Part shown: one piece after another, positions 34,118-43,767 of the stretch
Layout of the letters: every line of letters begins with the position of its first letter
Position numbering within the stretch: the stretch's first letter is position 1
Source of the DNA: Verrucomicrobiota bacterium
GTDB taxonomy: Bacteria; Verrucomicrobiota; Verrucomicrobiia; Limisphaerales; UBA11358
DNA: 64,000 nucleotides
Assembly: GCA_049521735.1 (NCBI GenBank)
Contig: JBEKON010000002.1
Span: 5,149 to 69,148, forward strand
Direction: 5' to 3'
Notes under the pieces: model-generated
Seen by the model: the letters and a program-made list of their open reading frames with translations, nothing else
Databases searched by the model: none
What the model was told of the DNA's origin: nothing
Program-made: the position numbers and the translations under genes

Positions 34118-35956
34118 TCAATAGACGCTCCACCCTGTGGGAATCAAGGTCTTGACCTGCGGTGAGATGGGTGGAAGTTGGTTTTGTTGCAAGAAATTCA
34201 CATCAAATCCCCAAGCGCGAATGGGAAAGTTATAGTATTTGCCGGGATCCTGGTAGTGGTTTGTCGCATAACGGCTGGCGAACATGACGACGATGGAACC
34301 GTTATAAGTCAACGTCTTGGTACCATTACCCCAGTCCTCCAACAAGCGAAGGAAATTTTCCACACCGCCGCTATAATATTTTGTGCCACCGATGTTGGTG
34401 GATACAACAATGCCTTCAAAGGTTGCGGCATTAATCGTGGTGTTGCCGGCGGATCGCGAGCTAAGACTCGTGCCGCTGGTGTAATTGTCGTTCCAGCTCG
34501 TGGAAAGAACTGTAACGGCGTCTCCTATAAGAGCGGCAGGCGCGGCATTGACCACATTGGTGCCGTTATTGAGCGATGAGCCGCTGGCATTATAGTTGCC
34601 CAGAACGTAGATCGGTTGAGGTGTGGCAACCGTGAGGCCTTGGGATGGCAGGACAGAGCCATTGGCCACACGCACGGCGGGAAGTTGCGAACTGGTCGGA
34701 GGGACGCTGTTGTAGATATAAACGGAATTGATGGCATGTCCCTTACTGGTGGTGCCGGTGGTATTTTGATTATTATACTGCAGCCCGCCGTTTGTTGTAG
34801 AATTGTTGGTCACCCAAATGCCGAAATTGGTCACACTAAGTTGAACAGCCTTGACCGTGTCCTTTTCCCGATAATCGTAAAAGCTGACATTCGTTAAAAA
34901 GGAGTAGTACACGTTGGTAACGTGGCTGACGACATTCGTGATAGGTGGGATTAGCTGCAACTGTGGAGTGCTGTTGCTGTTTTGATAATACACCGAAAGC
35001 TGGCCACTGGAGGAATTCGAGACGATAATATCGGCCTGGTTGTTAAGATATTCCTGGCCTACGGCGGAATACGGTAACACGCCCGCAGGCGACAAATCAA
35101 GAATGTCAGCCAGGCTCACCAGGTTGGTTCCCAGTGGCATGGTCAATGAGTCCGCAGAGAGGGAAGGAGAGTTGGTTGAGCCGTTCGGGTATAGGTAAAC
35201 GACTTTAGGATTCGCTGTGTTGGCCTGGTCATCATTATTGGTGTTGCGACTATAGATAATGTTGCTGGCCGTTGTTTCCACCATGTCGTTGAAGGTCAAG
35301 GTAGCCGCGGGGTCAGCCCAAATTTGGCCATTGACGTGTGTCTTGCCGTTGACCGTCATGTTGGCGCCAGGACAGATTTCCATGTTCATGTTGTAAAAAA
35401 TGGCGAATTGAAAGATGGGAATGGAACAGAGTTGAAATTGTTGCCGAACTGTGGCTGACACATCGTGGGGTTCGTAGGGTTGTTGGATGGCGGTAGCGGT
35501 GGAAATGACGGTGCAATTCGCTATAGTGGCCCAGAGGTTGGAATACGCTGAATTCACTGCATTTATACGCGTCCAATTCGTGGTGTAAACGGTGGGGACG
35601 GTGCTGACACTGGTTTGATTCGCATTACCCGCACCGTCACTGAATGCAAATTTGACCGGCCAGTTGTAGTTGGTCTGGTTGGCAGTAGTAATATAAAGGG
35701 GAATGTAGATATTTGTGGGTTGAAGAGACTGGTTGAAGAAATCGCGTGTCATTTGCGCGATGACGAGTTCGGTGTCTGCTTCGGCCGCTGCTGTGCTTAC
35801 GTTGAACAAGTTGTTTAGCTCCGTTTGTTTTGCGGTCGTGTTGGTCCAATTCATCACGCTCCCCAGCAGCAACAGTGCAAGGCCGACAAATATAATCGTG
35901 ATCAACAGAGCGTAGCCTCCGTTGCTTCGTTTGAATTGTTTGAACGTCTTTTTCAC
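34118..35956 (-). CDS. large PilX/GspK-like minor pseudopilin (Asn/Thr/Ser-rich)
   Basis: 612-aa ORF. The N-terminus (NGGYALLITIIFVGLALLLLGSVMNW...STAAAEADTE) resembles the PilX_N / GspK hydrophobic N-terminal helix without a canonical cleavage motif. It is the last gene of a three-gene pseudopilin operon. Confidence 0.5.
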   Translation of the reverse strand: MKKTFKQFKRSNGGYALLITIIFVGLALLLLGSVMNWTNTTAKQTELNNLFNVSTAAAEADTELVIAQMTRDFFNQSLQPTNIYIPLYITTANQTNYNWPVKFAFSDGAGNANQTSVSTVPTVYTTNWTRINAVNSAYSNLWATIANCTVISTATAIQQPYEPHDVSATVRQQFQLCSIPIFQFAIFYNMNMEICPGANMTVNGKTHVNGQIWADPAATLTFNDMVETTASNIIYSRNTNNDDQANTANPKVVYLYPNGSTNSPSLSADSLTMPLGTNLVSLADILDLSPAGVLPYSAVGQEYLNNQADIIVSNSSSGQLSVYYQNSNSTPQLQLIPPITNVVSHVTNVYYSFLTNVSFYDYREKDTVKAVQLSVTNFGIWVTNNSTTNGGLQYNNQNTTGTTSKGHAINSVYIYNSVPPTSSQLPAVRVANGSVLPSQGLTVATPQPIYVLGNYNASGSSLNNGTNVVNAAPAALIGDAVTVLSTSWNDNYTSGTSLSSRSAGNTTINAATFEGIVVSTNIGGTKYYSGGVENFLRLLEDWGNGTKTLTYNGSIVVMFASRYATNHYQDPGKYYNFPIRAWGFDVNFLQQNQLPPISPQVKTLIPTGWSVY

Positions 35957-35987
35957 AGATGCCTCCGTCGGTTCGATTGTGACTATT

Positions 35988-36599
35988 TCAATTTTGATTG
36001 CGTGGAGTCATCAGGGTTTGGAATGCATAGTAATCATAGGCAGGAATTGGGTCCGAGTAGGCCAATTGCGCAAACCACAATGTCATTCCAATGGTGTAAT
36101 GTCCCGTGCTGCCCGCCACGATGTTGCTGCCTTGATAATCCTCTATTTGGAATGCTGTTGAGCCGACGATGTTGGAAGCAATCAGCGAGGGTTGACCGCC
36201 ATTGGTAAGCTGATAGAGATTATAGAAAGCGGCTGGATTTGTGGCCAAATAAAAACGGATGTAGTTGGCCAGGTTTGTTGTGGGATAAATCTGCAGCGCA
36301 TTGCCATTCGTGCTTGTGGACGTGAACGAGGTGCTGCTTCCATTCCCGACTTGCACAAGGCTTGCTCCACGGACTTGATTGCAAATTCGATCCAGGGTTT
36401 TAAGGGTATAACCGGTGTATATCAACTTGCTTGAAGTAAAGGAATTCATCTTAAACCCGAAAATCTGCAACGAAACCATCGCAAGCGCGACCATGGAAAA
36501 AATGGCCATGGTGACCATCATTTCCGTGAGGGTAAAAGCATGAGTGGCCGCCGCCTGGATGGGCATCTTCCGCGACAAATTATCAAGCAACAATTTCAT
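35988..36599 (-). CDS. prepilin-type minor pseudopilin (PilW/GspJ-like)
   Basis: The start was moved to the ATG at 36599, which overlaps the upstream stop as ATGA (36596-36599). It carries an N-terminal methylation-type helix (HAFTLTEMMVTMAIFSMVALAMVSL). Confidence 0.65.
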   Translation of the reverse strand: MKLLLDNLSRKMPIQAAATHAFTLTEMMVTMAIFSMVALAMVSLQIFGFKMNSFTSSKLIYTGYTLKTLDRICNQVRGASLVQVGNGSSTSFTSTSTNGNALQIYPTTNLANYIRFYLATNPAAFYNLYQLTNGGQPSLIASNIVGSTAFQIEDYQGSNIVAGSTGHYTIGMTLWFAQLAYSDPIPAYDYYAFQTLMTPRNQN

Positions 36600-37045
36600 T
36601 GGCGTGCCCCCCGCCATGTTATCACCGTGTTGGAGAATATCGCTGACTTATTAGTAGTCCAGACCGTTGTAAGTGGGAACTGCCACACACAGTCAACGCG
36701 AATTTGCCACACCTGCGGATTGACGTAAACATTTGTGATGCTGACGTAATTTGTAACGAGTACCGACCAGGCGGTCCCTGGAACGAACATCGAACTTGTT
36801 CGGGTGTACTTGCCTGAATGAAGTTCGTTATCTGTTGCCGCCCGGGTTTGTTCGGCCCATTGAGAAGCAAAAGATTGAGCCGCCAGCGACATTGAGCTCC
36901 ATGCGGCCCGCCGATTGGTTTGCACGTAGCCGCAAAGCATCCCTCCCATCACCAATGCCAAAATGGCGATGGACATCACCACCTCCACCAGAGTGAATCC
37001 CGCACCTGCCTTCTGCTTGTTGTTTTGTCCAAAACGAGCCGTCAT
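36596..37045 (-). CDS. prepilin-type minor pseudopilin (GspI/PilV-like)
   Basis: 149-aa ORF with the N-terminal motif AGFTLVEVVMSIAILALVMGGML. Confidence 0.65.
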   Translation of the reverse strand: MTARFGQNNKQKAGAGFTLVEVVMSIAILALVMGGMLCGYVQTNRRAAWSSMSLAAQSFASQWAEQTRAATDNELHSGKYTRTSSMFVPGTAWSVLVTNYVSITNVYVNPQVWQIRVDCVWQFPLTTVWTTNKSAIFSNTVITWRGARQ

Positions 37046-37231
37046 ACAAATGTCGGTAACGAGGCATCTTGCCCGTCACTAACCTATATTACAGCAAGGG
37101 ATATACCACTATTTAGCGCCGCTCAAGAAAGGGAATGGCCAAGGGTGGGGCCGACGGCTGGTGGGCTTGTCCTGTAATTTGACAAATCTGTCCGCAACAT
37201 CACTGCGCCAAATGGCGCAATCTGCTGTGTT

Positions 37232-37936
37232 TTAATGCGCGACCGGGTTGACTGGTGGCGCTTTGATGAAATTTGTCGCCCGCAGGTAAATCGGCGCCAA
37301 CTTGTCACCGGACATAAAATCATTTCGTCCGGCGACGAGCCGTCCCAATGTCCTCGCGTGTGGGAAAATGATGCGGCCCGACGGGAACCATCGGGTTGCC
37401 TCCGGGCCGATCAAAATATCGCCGGCGTTTGCGTGCGATTCAATTTCGGCCAAACCCATGATCTGCAACGGCTCGATTTCCTTGCACGCGCTCTGTGAAA
37501 TTTCATACGCCGCCCGATAAAATTCATTTCGTTGCGCATCAATCACCACATTCACACGGCCAAAAATTTTTTCCGACCGCGCTTGTGCCGCAAGACACTC
37601 CGCGCTGCTGGCGCCAAGCAATTTCACGCCGCGCGCGAGTTGCCAGCCTTGCGCAATCGAAAGCGCGGCGCGGATGCCCGTGTAAGAACCCGGCCCAAGC
37701 CCGACGGCAATGACGTCAATTTGTTCGCGCTCCAACCCCACCTCGCGCAACACAGCCTCAATCATTCCCAGCGCTCGCGTCCCGCCTGCCTGCCGGGACG
37801 AAGCCCCGACGTTTTTTTGGCTGGGGCGAAAGCCAGCGCCAGTTTCGACGACTTCGGCTGCGACTTCAGTGTTGCCTGTGCGCACGACCGCCACGCTTCG
37901 TTGCGGCGAGGAAAATTCAAGCGCCAAGATCGTCAT
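37232..37936 (-). CDS. tsaB: tRNA t6A37 biosynthesis protein TsaB
   Basis: 234-aa ORF. ILALEFSSPQRSVAVV and IAVGLGPGSYTGIRAALSIAQG match TsaB. It follows tsaE with a 20-nt overlap. Confidence 0.8.
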   Translation of the reverse strand: MTILALEFSSPQRSVAVVRTGNTEVAAEVVETGAGFRPSQKNVGASSRQAGGTRALGMIEAVLREVGLEREQIDVIAVGLGPGSYTGIRAALSIAQGWQLARGVKLLGASSAECLAAQARSEKIFGRVNVVIDAQRNEFYRAAYEISQSACKEIEPLQIMGLAEIESHANAGDILIGPEATRWFPSGRIIFPHARTLGRLVAGRNDFMSGDKLAPIYLRATNFIKAPPVNPVAH

Positions 37937-38366
37937 AAATAATTTTTCGTTCCGACTCGCCTAGAATCTCAATTTTTGCAAAAACCGTCCGGCGTGTTTT
38001 TTCTTCATTCTTCAGTCGCCATTCTTCATTCGCCATTTTTTCCGCCCATTCAATGACCGTCACGCCGTCAGACTGTAAAAATTCTTCGAGTCCTGCCGCT
38101 GCGATTTGCTCCGGCGTTTCGAGCCGATACAAATCCAGATGAAACAATCGCAAGCGTCCGCCGCCGTATTCATTCACCAGCGTGAACGTCGGCGAATGCA
38201 CACACGCCGCGATGCCAAGCCCGCGTGCAATGCCTTTAACCAATTGCGTTTTGCCCGCGCCGAGTTCGCCGGACAGCGCGATTACGCGTCCGCGCTGTGC
38301 CGCGCGCCCCCACGATTCGCCGAGCGATTCAGTCTCGGCTGGATTGTGTGAAATGAACGTAACCAT
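37917..38366 (-). CDS. tsaE: tRNA t6A37 biosynthesis ATPase TsaE
   Basis: 149-aa ORF. It has a Walker A motif (LSGELGAGKTQLVKGIARGLG) plus SPTFTLVNEY and HLDLYRL. Confidence 0.85.
   Translation of the reverse strand: MVTFISHNPAETESLGESWGRAAQRGRVIALSGELGAGKTQLVKGIARGLGIAACVHSPTFTLVNEYGGGRLRLFHLDLYRLETPEQIAAAGLEEFLQSDGVTVIEWAEKMANEEWRLKNEEKTRRTVFAKIEILGESERKIIYDDLGA
38004..38038. repeat. five 7-nt units (TTCATTC-type) inside the tsaE coding sequence
   Basis: ttcattc ttcagtc gccattc ttcattc gccattt. The coding strand gives MANEEWRLKNEE. Confidence 0.8.
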
Positions 38367-39276
38367 GCGCAGTCAAGGGCAGTATGGCGTCTTTGTCGCG
38401 AACGGTGACGCCTTCGCCCGCCGTAATTTTCCCGATGCATCTCAAGCGCAGTTTTGGGAATTGTTTTTTCCATGCATCCAGCAATTTCACCGCGTCGCCG
38501 CTCGCAACCGTGAACAACAGTTCAAAATCCTCGCCATCGGTGAGCGCGGCGACGAACGGCGGTTTCGTGGAGGGATTTTTACGCGCTGTTTCTTTTGCCG
38601 CGCGGCTGATGGGAATGGCCGATTTCAATAATTCCGCGCCAACGCGGCTGGATTTGAGCAAATGGCGCAAATCGCCCGCCAGCCCGTCACTCAAGTCAAT
38701 CATCGCGTGAATGTGGAAATTTTCCGCAAGCCAGCGGGCTTCCTGCAAACGCGGCTCGAACTCCAAATGTTTGCCCGCAAGCGAGCCGCCGAGCTCGCCG
38801 GTCACAAAAATCGCGTCGCCAACTTTTGCTCCGGAGCGTAGCACGGCTTTTCCGCGCGGCACAAAACCGAGCAGCGCAATGGAAATCAAAATGCGCTCCG
38901 GGTTCGTTGTCGTTTCACCGCCGACGATGGCCACGCCGTGTTTTTTGGCCAGCGCGCTCATGCCATCGTAAATTCTTCCAACGGCCTCCGGCTCGAAATT
39001 TTCCGGCAGTCCGATGGTCACCAATGCGGCGGTGGGCGTGCCGGCCATCGCGGCGATGTCGCTGAGGCAACGCGCGAGCGCTTTGTGGCCGATTTTTTCC
39101 GGCGGTGAATCTTTCTTGAAATGGATTCCTTCAACGACTGCGTCCGTTTTGAACAAAAACGATTTGTCCGGCACGCCAAAATCAAGCACGGCGCAATCGT
39201 CGCCCGCGCTCACCACGACGTTTTGATTCGTTGGCAGCGATTTCGTCAGACGTGCAATAAGTTCGAATTCATTCAT
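38329..39276 (-). CDS. thiL: thiamine-monophosphate kinase
   Basis: The start was moved to the ATG at 39276 (MNEFELIARLTK...GDDCAVL), which overlaps the CPBP stop as ATGA. The 105 upstream codons of the track ORF are Arg-rich and lie inside the CPBP gene. An AIR-synthase-like fold block is present (DLSDGLAGDLRHL). Confidence 0.85.
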   Translation of the reverse strand: MNEFELIARLTKSLPTNQNVVVSAGDDCAVLDFGVPDKSFLFKTDAVVEGIHFKKDSPPEKIGHKALARCLSDIAAMAGTPTAALVTIGLPENFEPEAVGRIYDGMSALAKKHGVAIVGGETTTNPERILISIALLGFVPRGKAVLRSGAKVGDAIFVTGELGGSLAGKHLEFEPRLQEARWLAENFHIHAMIDLSDGLAGDLRHLLKSSRVGAELLKSAIPISRAAKETARKNPSTKPPFVAALTDGEDFELLFTVASGDAVKLLDAWKKQFPKLRLRCIGKITAGEGVTVRDKDAILPLTAHGYVHFTQSSRD

Positions 39277-40001
39277 GCATTCGGTGCGGATTTTTCCACG
39301 AGTAGCAGCACGAAATTCGCCGCGTTGAACAGCGCATGCGCGGCAATGGGCGCGAGCAAATTGTCGGTTTCTTCGTAAAGCCAGGTCAGCGCCAGCGCCA
39401 GTGCAAACAGAGGCACGAACGTCGCTGCGTCCCAATGAATCAGTGCGAACAAAAAGCCGACGCCGAGCCACGCCAGCCGCGGGTAGCCGCTTTGCTTGAC
39501 GAGCGGATACAACATGCCGCGAAAAATAAATTCCTCGGCCACCGGCGCGATTACCACGGTGAACATGCCGAGATAGGCACACAGCCACCACTCTTTTGCG
39601 TTGGCCAGCACCATCACGGCGGTTTCATTTTCGGGCTGGAAGCCGATTTTTGTCAGCGCATGCACGGATGCGCTTTGCAACAGCAACACCACCGGCAGAA
39701 TCGCGCACACAACCAGCACGGCCAGAAACCAGGCGCGGTTCAATCCCGGCCCGCGAAAACCAAACGTTTCGCGCCAGCCGACCTGATGTTGCCGCAGAAA
39801 AATCGAAATCAACACCCACGTTGCGCCTTGAAAAGCCAGCGTGCCGAGCAGCACCGCGCCGGGACCGGCCGGCGGTTGAAATGCAGCGAACCCGGCCTTT
39901 TGCAGCAGGCCGACAATTGTCAATCCAAGACAAAGGCTGACAAGTTGCGCCGCGCAAAACCAGATTACAACTTCCAGTCGCCATGGTTTGGCGGATAACA
40001 T
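39273..40001 (-). CDS. CPBP-family intramembrane glutamic endopeptidase (CAAX protease-like)
   Basis: 242-aa polytopic ORF with the family motifs VAEEFIFRG, FALIHW and AAHALFN. Confidence 0.8.
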   Translation of the reverse strand: MLSAKPWRLEVVIWFCAAQLVSLCLGLTIVGLLQKAGFAAFQPPAGPGAVLLGTLAFQGATWVLISIFLRQHQVGWRETFGFRGPGLNRAWFLAVLVVCAILPVVLLLQSASVHALTKIGFQPENETAVMVLANAKEWWLCAYLGMFTVVIAPVAEEFIFRGMLYPLVKQSGYPRLAWLGVGFLFALIHWDAATFVPLFALALALTWLYEETDNLLAPIAAHALFNAANFVLLLVEKSAPNA

Positions 40002-40145
40002 GCTGCCAGCCTAGCGTAGCCGTGTGCCAGTGACGACGCAAAATTAGGTCCTGGCTTGATTCACTTTGCACTGGCAAAGCGTGTCAGCCGCCGGCGGGTA
40101 AAGCTGAAAATGTGAAAGAATTATTGAAGTAACTGTCGGACAAAA

Positions 40146-40553
40146 TCAGTCGTCAGGCTGCGGCCGTTCTTGCTGTCTGCTGCGCGGCTGCTGAATTTTC
40201 CGCAAAGCATGCCGCAGCGATTCGATTTCGCGTTCGTCGGCGGATTTCTGGCGTTCAGCCAGCTCGACGAGTTCGAGCACTTCTTCCATTTGTTCCAACA
40301 CCTGTTTAAGTGACTCGACAATTTGCGTCACTTCTTCGACGGCCTGGCTGATGGCGGAAGAAACAGTTGCGGTTTTTGGTTCCGGCAAGGCGGCCGCGCC
40401 CGGCGGCGATGAGGTCTGGGAAATTTGCCCGGTTCGACGCTGGCCGCGTCCGCGTCCGCGTCCACCGCGATGGATTCGCTGTTGTCCGCCGCCGGAATTC
40501 CGCGGCTGCGCTGGGAAATTCGATTCCGTTTGTTGTTTTTGCGGCGAGGGCAT
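40146..40553 (-). CDS. hypothetical protein, RGG-rich N-terminus and acidic coiled-coil C-terminus
   Basis: The ORF is open to 40658. I prefer the ATG at 40553 (MPSPQKQQ...) but cannot decide between the two starts. The composition is bipartite: QRIHRGGRGRGRGQRRTGQ, then AVEEVTQIVESLKQVLEQMEEVLELVELAERQKSADEREIESLRHALRK. I recognise no family. Confidence 0.4.
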   Translation of the reverse strand: MPSPQKQQTESNFPAQPRNSGGGQQRIHRGGRGRGRGQRRTGQISQTSSPPGAAALPEPKTATVSSAISQAVEEVTQIVESLKQVLEQMEEVLELVELAERQKSADEREIESLRHALRKIQQPRSRQQERPQPDD

Positions 40554-40768
40554 TTCCGGGCGTGAGCATGACGTGCTATCGGGCAAAAGCAATGGCGAAT
40601 TATTCCCAACCGCGGTCCAATCCAAATTACGAAACAGAATTTCACGCCAAGCCATCAACTCCGAGGCTTCTCGGGACTTGCTTTGGATGGGTGGAAATGT
40701 CCAACTAAAGTCACGCGTGAAACCGGCGAATCAAACCGGAAAACTTCAAACGATCGGACATTAAACGT

Positions 40769-43747
40769 GTGTTGCTCCAACTAAAAACCCCGCATCGAGC
40801 GGCTCTGGCCATCGCCCTCGTCGGCGCGGTGGTTGCGTCGCTGACGTGGCTGTGCGTTCGCGATCCCAAAATCGCCTTCTTGGTCGGGGACGGGCGGGCG
40901 GAGTGGATACTGTTCCCGTCTGCTGCGGATACCAGATTGCATCACATCGCCGATCTGGATGCTGTTTTTCGGCGTGAGTTCATACTGGATGGTCAACCAC
41001 AAGTGGCGCGATTGAGTGTGCGCGCGGCCAAACGCGTTCAGTTGAAAATCAACGGCAATCCGGTGGACATTGGCACAAGCCGCAACTGGAAGGATCTTTC
41101 AAGCATGGATGTGCCCGCCTGTCTGCGCGCCGGTACAAACACGATTGAGGCCAGGGTTTTCAACGACAATGGTCCACCGGCACTTTGGCTGGTGTTGGTG
41201 ACAGACCAACTCACCTTGCGGAGCGACCAAACTTGGAAAACATCATTTGTGGGTTCCGCGTGGCACCGCGCCGCTCTGGCCACGACGCCGAGAATACCTG
41301 GCCGTGGCAATCCAATTGCCGGAGGCGAGGGAACACTTGGCGCCTTGTGCGTCGTCTGGCCAGTCTGGATTGTTTTTGGAGGACTTTCGATTGCCATCTG
41401 GACAGCGGGACGATGGTGGTTCAATCGAACCCGAAAGCCGAACGCCGTTGTGACACGGCAGCAAGGAAGACTCAACAACCGCACCCGAATGCCGAAAGAC
41501 GGCGCGGCCGATTGGTTGTTTGGTCGCGAAACAGTTGTCCCGCTGGTAATCATTGCCACGTTTTGGGTGGTGCTGTTCTGCAACAACACGAGGTCACTGC
41601 CGCTTAACACTGGCTTTGATGCAGGCAATCATATTTACTACATTGGTTACCTTCAGGAGCATAAGGCATTACCTTTGCCGAACGAAGGCTGGGAGATGTT
41701 TCAGCCTCCTCTCTATTACGTAATTTCCGCAGCCACGCTTTCGCTATTCGACCTCTCTGTGACCGATGCAGCAGCCGGCACGGTCCTGCGGCTGCTCACG
41801 ATGTGTTTTGGTTTGGTGCATATCATGTTGGTTTTCCTGAGTCTGCGACTGCTCTTTCCAGCGCAAATTGGCCGGCAAATGGTGGGGCTGGTGCTGGCGG
41901 CCTTTTTGCCCATGCAACTGTATCTGTCGCACTATGTGACCAATGAGACGCTGGCGGCCACCCTGGCCACTGCGACCATTTTTCTGTGCTTGCATTCGGT
42001 GCGGACGGAGAAGGCGTCCGTGGCCGGATATACAGGGCTGGGGTTTTGCTTGGGCGCGGCCCTGCTGGCCAAGGTAACGGGAGTTTTGCTGGTTCCGTTC
42101 ATTGTGGTTGCCGCCGCCTGGAAGCTGGCGGGATCAAGGTCAGCCTTTGCCATCTGGTGGCGGACCTTGGGCGTGATAGTCGGGACGTGTTTTGTTGTTT
42201 GTAGCTGGTATTACTTCTGGATCTGGCTTCACTGCGGTACGCCGCTCGCCCGCTTTGGTGGTCTCTGGGATGTTGGTTCGCGGTTTCAGTGGTGGCAGGA
42301 CAATGGCTACCACACGCTGGCGGACTTCATGCGTTTTGGCCGGTCACTGGTTTATCCGTTGTTCAGCGGATTTGCCGGATTTGCCGACGGGATTTACTCG
42401 ACGTTCTGGGGCGACGGGCTGTGTGGAGGGGCCTTGGGTATGGTGTTTCGACCGCCATGGAATTACAATCTGATGGTCGCGGGATATCTTCTGGCTGTAT
42501 TGCCAGCTGTCTTGGTGCTGATCGGCGCGGCGGTTTCGGTCTGGCGTTTCATTCGCCAACCATCAGCGGAATGGTTTGTGTTGCTCGGTTTTTCGGGAAC
42601 GGTATTGCTGGCACTGGTTTTCATGAACCTGAAGGTGCCTTGTTATTCGGAGGAGAAAGCATTCTTCGGATTATGTGCCCTTATGCCGTTCTGTTCTTTC
42701 GGGGCGGTGGGTTGGGAGGTTCTGACACGGGGGCGGAAACCGCTGCGGTTTGTGCTGGGCACGATTCTGCTGGTGTGGGCCATGAACAACTTCGCGTCGG
42801 TGTGGATCCGGAGCAGCTCTGCGCCCACGCACACTCATCTTGGACTGATGCTTGCAGATGAGAACAGAATGGACGCAGCGGAGTTGGAGTTTACTGTAGC
42901 AGTCAATATTGATCCTTCCAATGCGCCGGCAAGGCGGTTTCTGGCATTGACTTTGAACGAATCAGGCAAAACAGACGAAGCGCTTCAACCTGCCGAGCGG
43001 GCAGTGGAACTGGATCCAACGAACGCCGCTGGCCATTACATCTTGAGTGTGATTCTGGCCAGACAAGGTCAAATGAAGCATGCAATTGGCGAAGCTCAAC
43101 ACGCAGTGGAATTGGGACCGGAGTATCTGCCCGCTTATCCATTATTAGCGGGCCGTTTGCTCGAATTGGGGCGTGCCGATGAGGCCATCAATGCCGCCCG
43201 CGATGGGCTGGCCGTGAGCCCGACCGATCCGGATCTGCATTACACGCTGGGACAGGCACTGGCAAGGAAGGGCGATTTCGCAAGTGCCACCAACCAGTTT
43301 GTATATGCACTGTTGCTCCAGCCGGCTTGGGCGGAGGCGCACTTATCCTTGGGGCGAGCCCTCGTTTACCTGGGGGACGCACCGAATGGTTTGCGACAGA
43401 TGCAGGAAGCGGTACGGTTGGCGCCTGATTGGCCGCTGGCGCTCAGCAGACTGGCGTGGTTGCTGGCCACTAGTCCCGATGCGGTGCTGCGCAACGGGCC
43501 GGAAGCGGTGCGACTGGCTGAACATGCCTGTGCTGTGGCAAGCCGCAGGAACCCGGCATTGCTCGACACTTTGGCTGCTGCGTATGCCGAAGCCGGGAGA
43601 TTTCCTGAGGCCATCAATGCTGCGCAGGAGGCACTCGCCCTTGCCCGGACGACGGGCGACGAAGCTGCGGCTGCCCGGGCGGAGAATTTGCTGGGGTGCT
43701 TTCAGTCGGGTCGTCCTTTCCGCGAGAACCCCATCCCTTCGCCATAG
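40769..43747 (+). CDS. GT39/PMT_2-like polytopic glycosyltransferase fused to C-terminal TPR array
   Basis: 992-aa ORF with a GTG start. The order is an N-terminal TM segment, a ~150-aa beta-rich domain, and about 12 hydrophobic segments containing the PMT_2-like block (FDAGNHIYYIGYLQE...MFQPPLYYV). About 8 TPR units follow from roughly aa 690. Confidence 0.6.
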   Translation: MLLQLKTPHRAALAIALVGAVVASLTWLCVRDPKIAFLVGDGRAEWILFPSAADTRLHHIADLDAVFRREFILDGQPQVARLSVRAAKRVQLKINGNPVDIGTSRNWKDLSSMDVPACLRAGTNTIEARVFNDNGPPALWLVLVTDQLTLRSDQTWKTSFVGSAWHRAALATTPRIPGRGNPIAGGEGTLGALCVVWPVWIVFGGLSIAIWTAGRWWFNRTRKPNAVVTRQQGRLNNRTRMPKDGAADWLFGRETVVPLVIIATFWVVLFCNNTRSLPLNTGFDAGNHIYYIGYLQEHKALPLPNEGWEMFQPPLYYVISAATLSLFDLSVTDAAAGTVLRLLTMCFGLVHIMLVFLSLRLLFPAQIGRQMVGLVLAAFLPMQLYLSHYVTNETLAATLATATIFLCLHSVRTEKASVAGYTGLGFCLGAALLAKVTGVLLVPFIVVAAAWKLAGSRSAFAIWWRTLGVIVGTCFVVCSWYYFWIWLHCGTPLARFGGLWDVGSRFQWWQDNGYHTLADFMRFGRSLVYPLFSGFAGFADGIYSTFWGDGLCGGALGMVFRPPWNYNLMVAGYLLAVLPAVLVLIGAAVSVWRFIRQPSAEWFVLLGFSGTVLLALVFMNLKVPCYSEEKAFFGLCALMPFCSFGAVGWEVLTRGRKPLRFVLGTILLVWAMNNFASVWIRSSSAPTHTHLGLMLADENRMDAAELEFTVAVNIDPSNAPARRFLALTLNESGKTDEALQPAERAVELDPTNAAGHYILSVILARQGQMKHAIGEAQHAVELGPEYLPAYPLLAGRLLELGRADEAINAARDGLAVSPTDPDLHYTLGQALARKGDFASATNQFVYALLLQPAWAEAHLSLGRALVYLGDAPNGLRQMQEAVRLAPDWPLALSRLAWLLATSPDAVLRNGPEAVRLAEHACAVASRRNPALLDTLAAAYAEAGRFPEAINAAQEALALARTTGDEAAAARAENLLGCFQSGRPFRENPIPSP

Positions 43748-43767
43748 GGAATTCACCTGGTTCTCGA

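Noticed and set aside
37204-37219. Hairpin tgcgcc aaat ggcgca after tsaB as a terminator
   Set aside because: The stem is only 6 bp and no U-run follows on the transcribed (minus) strand. I did not call it as a feature.
39277-39591. N-terminal extensions in the ORF track: thiL to 39591, LeuC-like to 54475, ABC ATPase to 20893, ADH to 34133, tadA to 29146, mutL from 54417, mscL to 58395, DUF2851 from 20923
   Set aside because: The extensions overlap neighbouring genes or are Arg-rich and unconserved-looking. In each case an internal start reproduces the canonical family N-terminus, often with an ATGA/TAATG junction.
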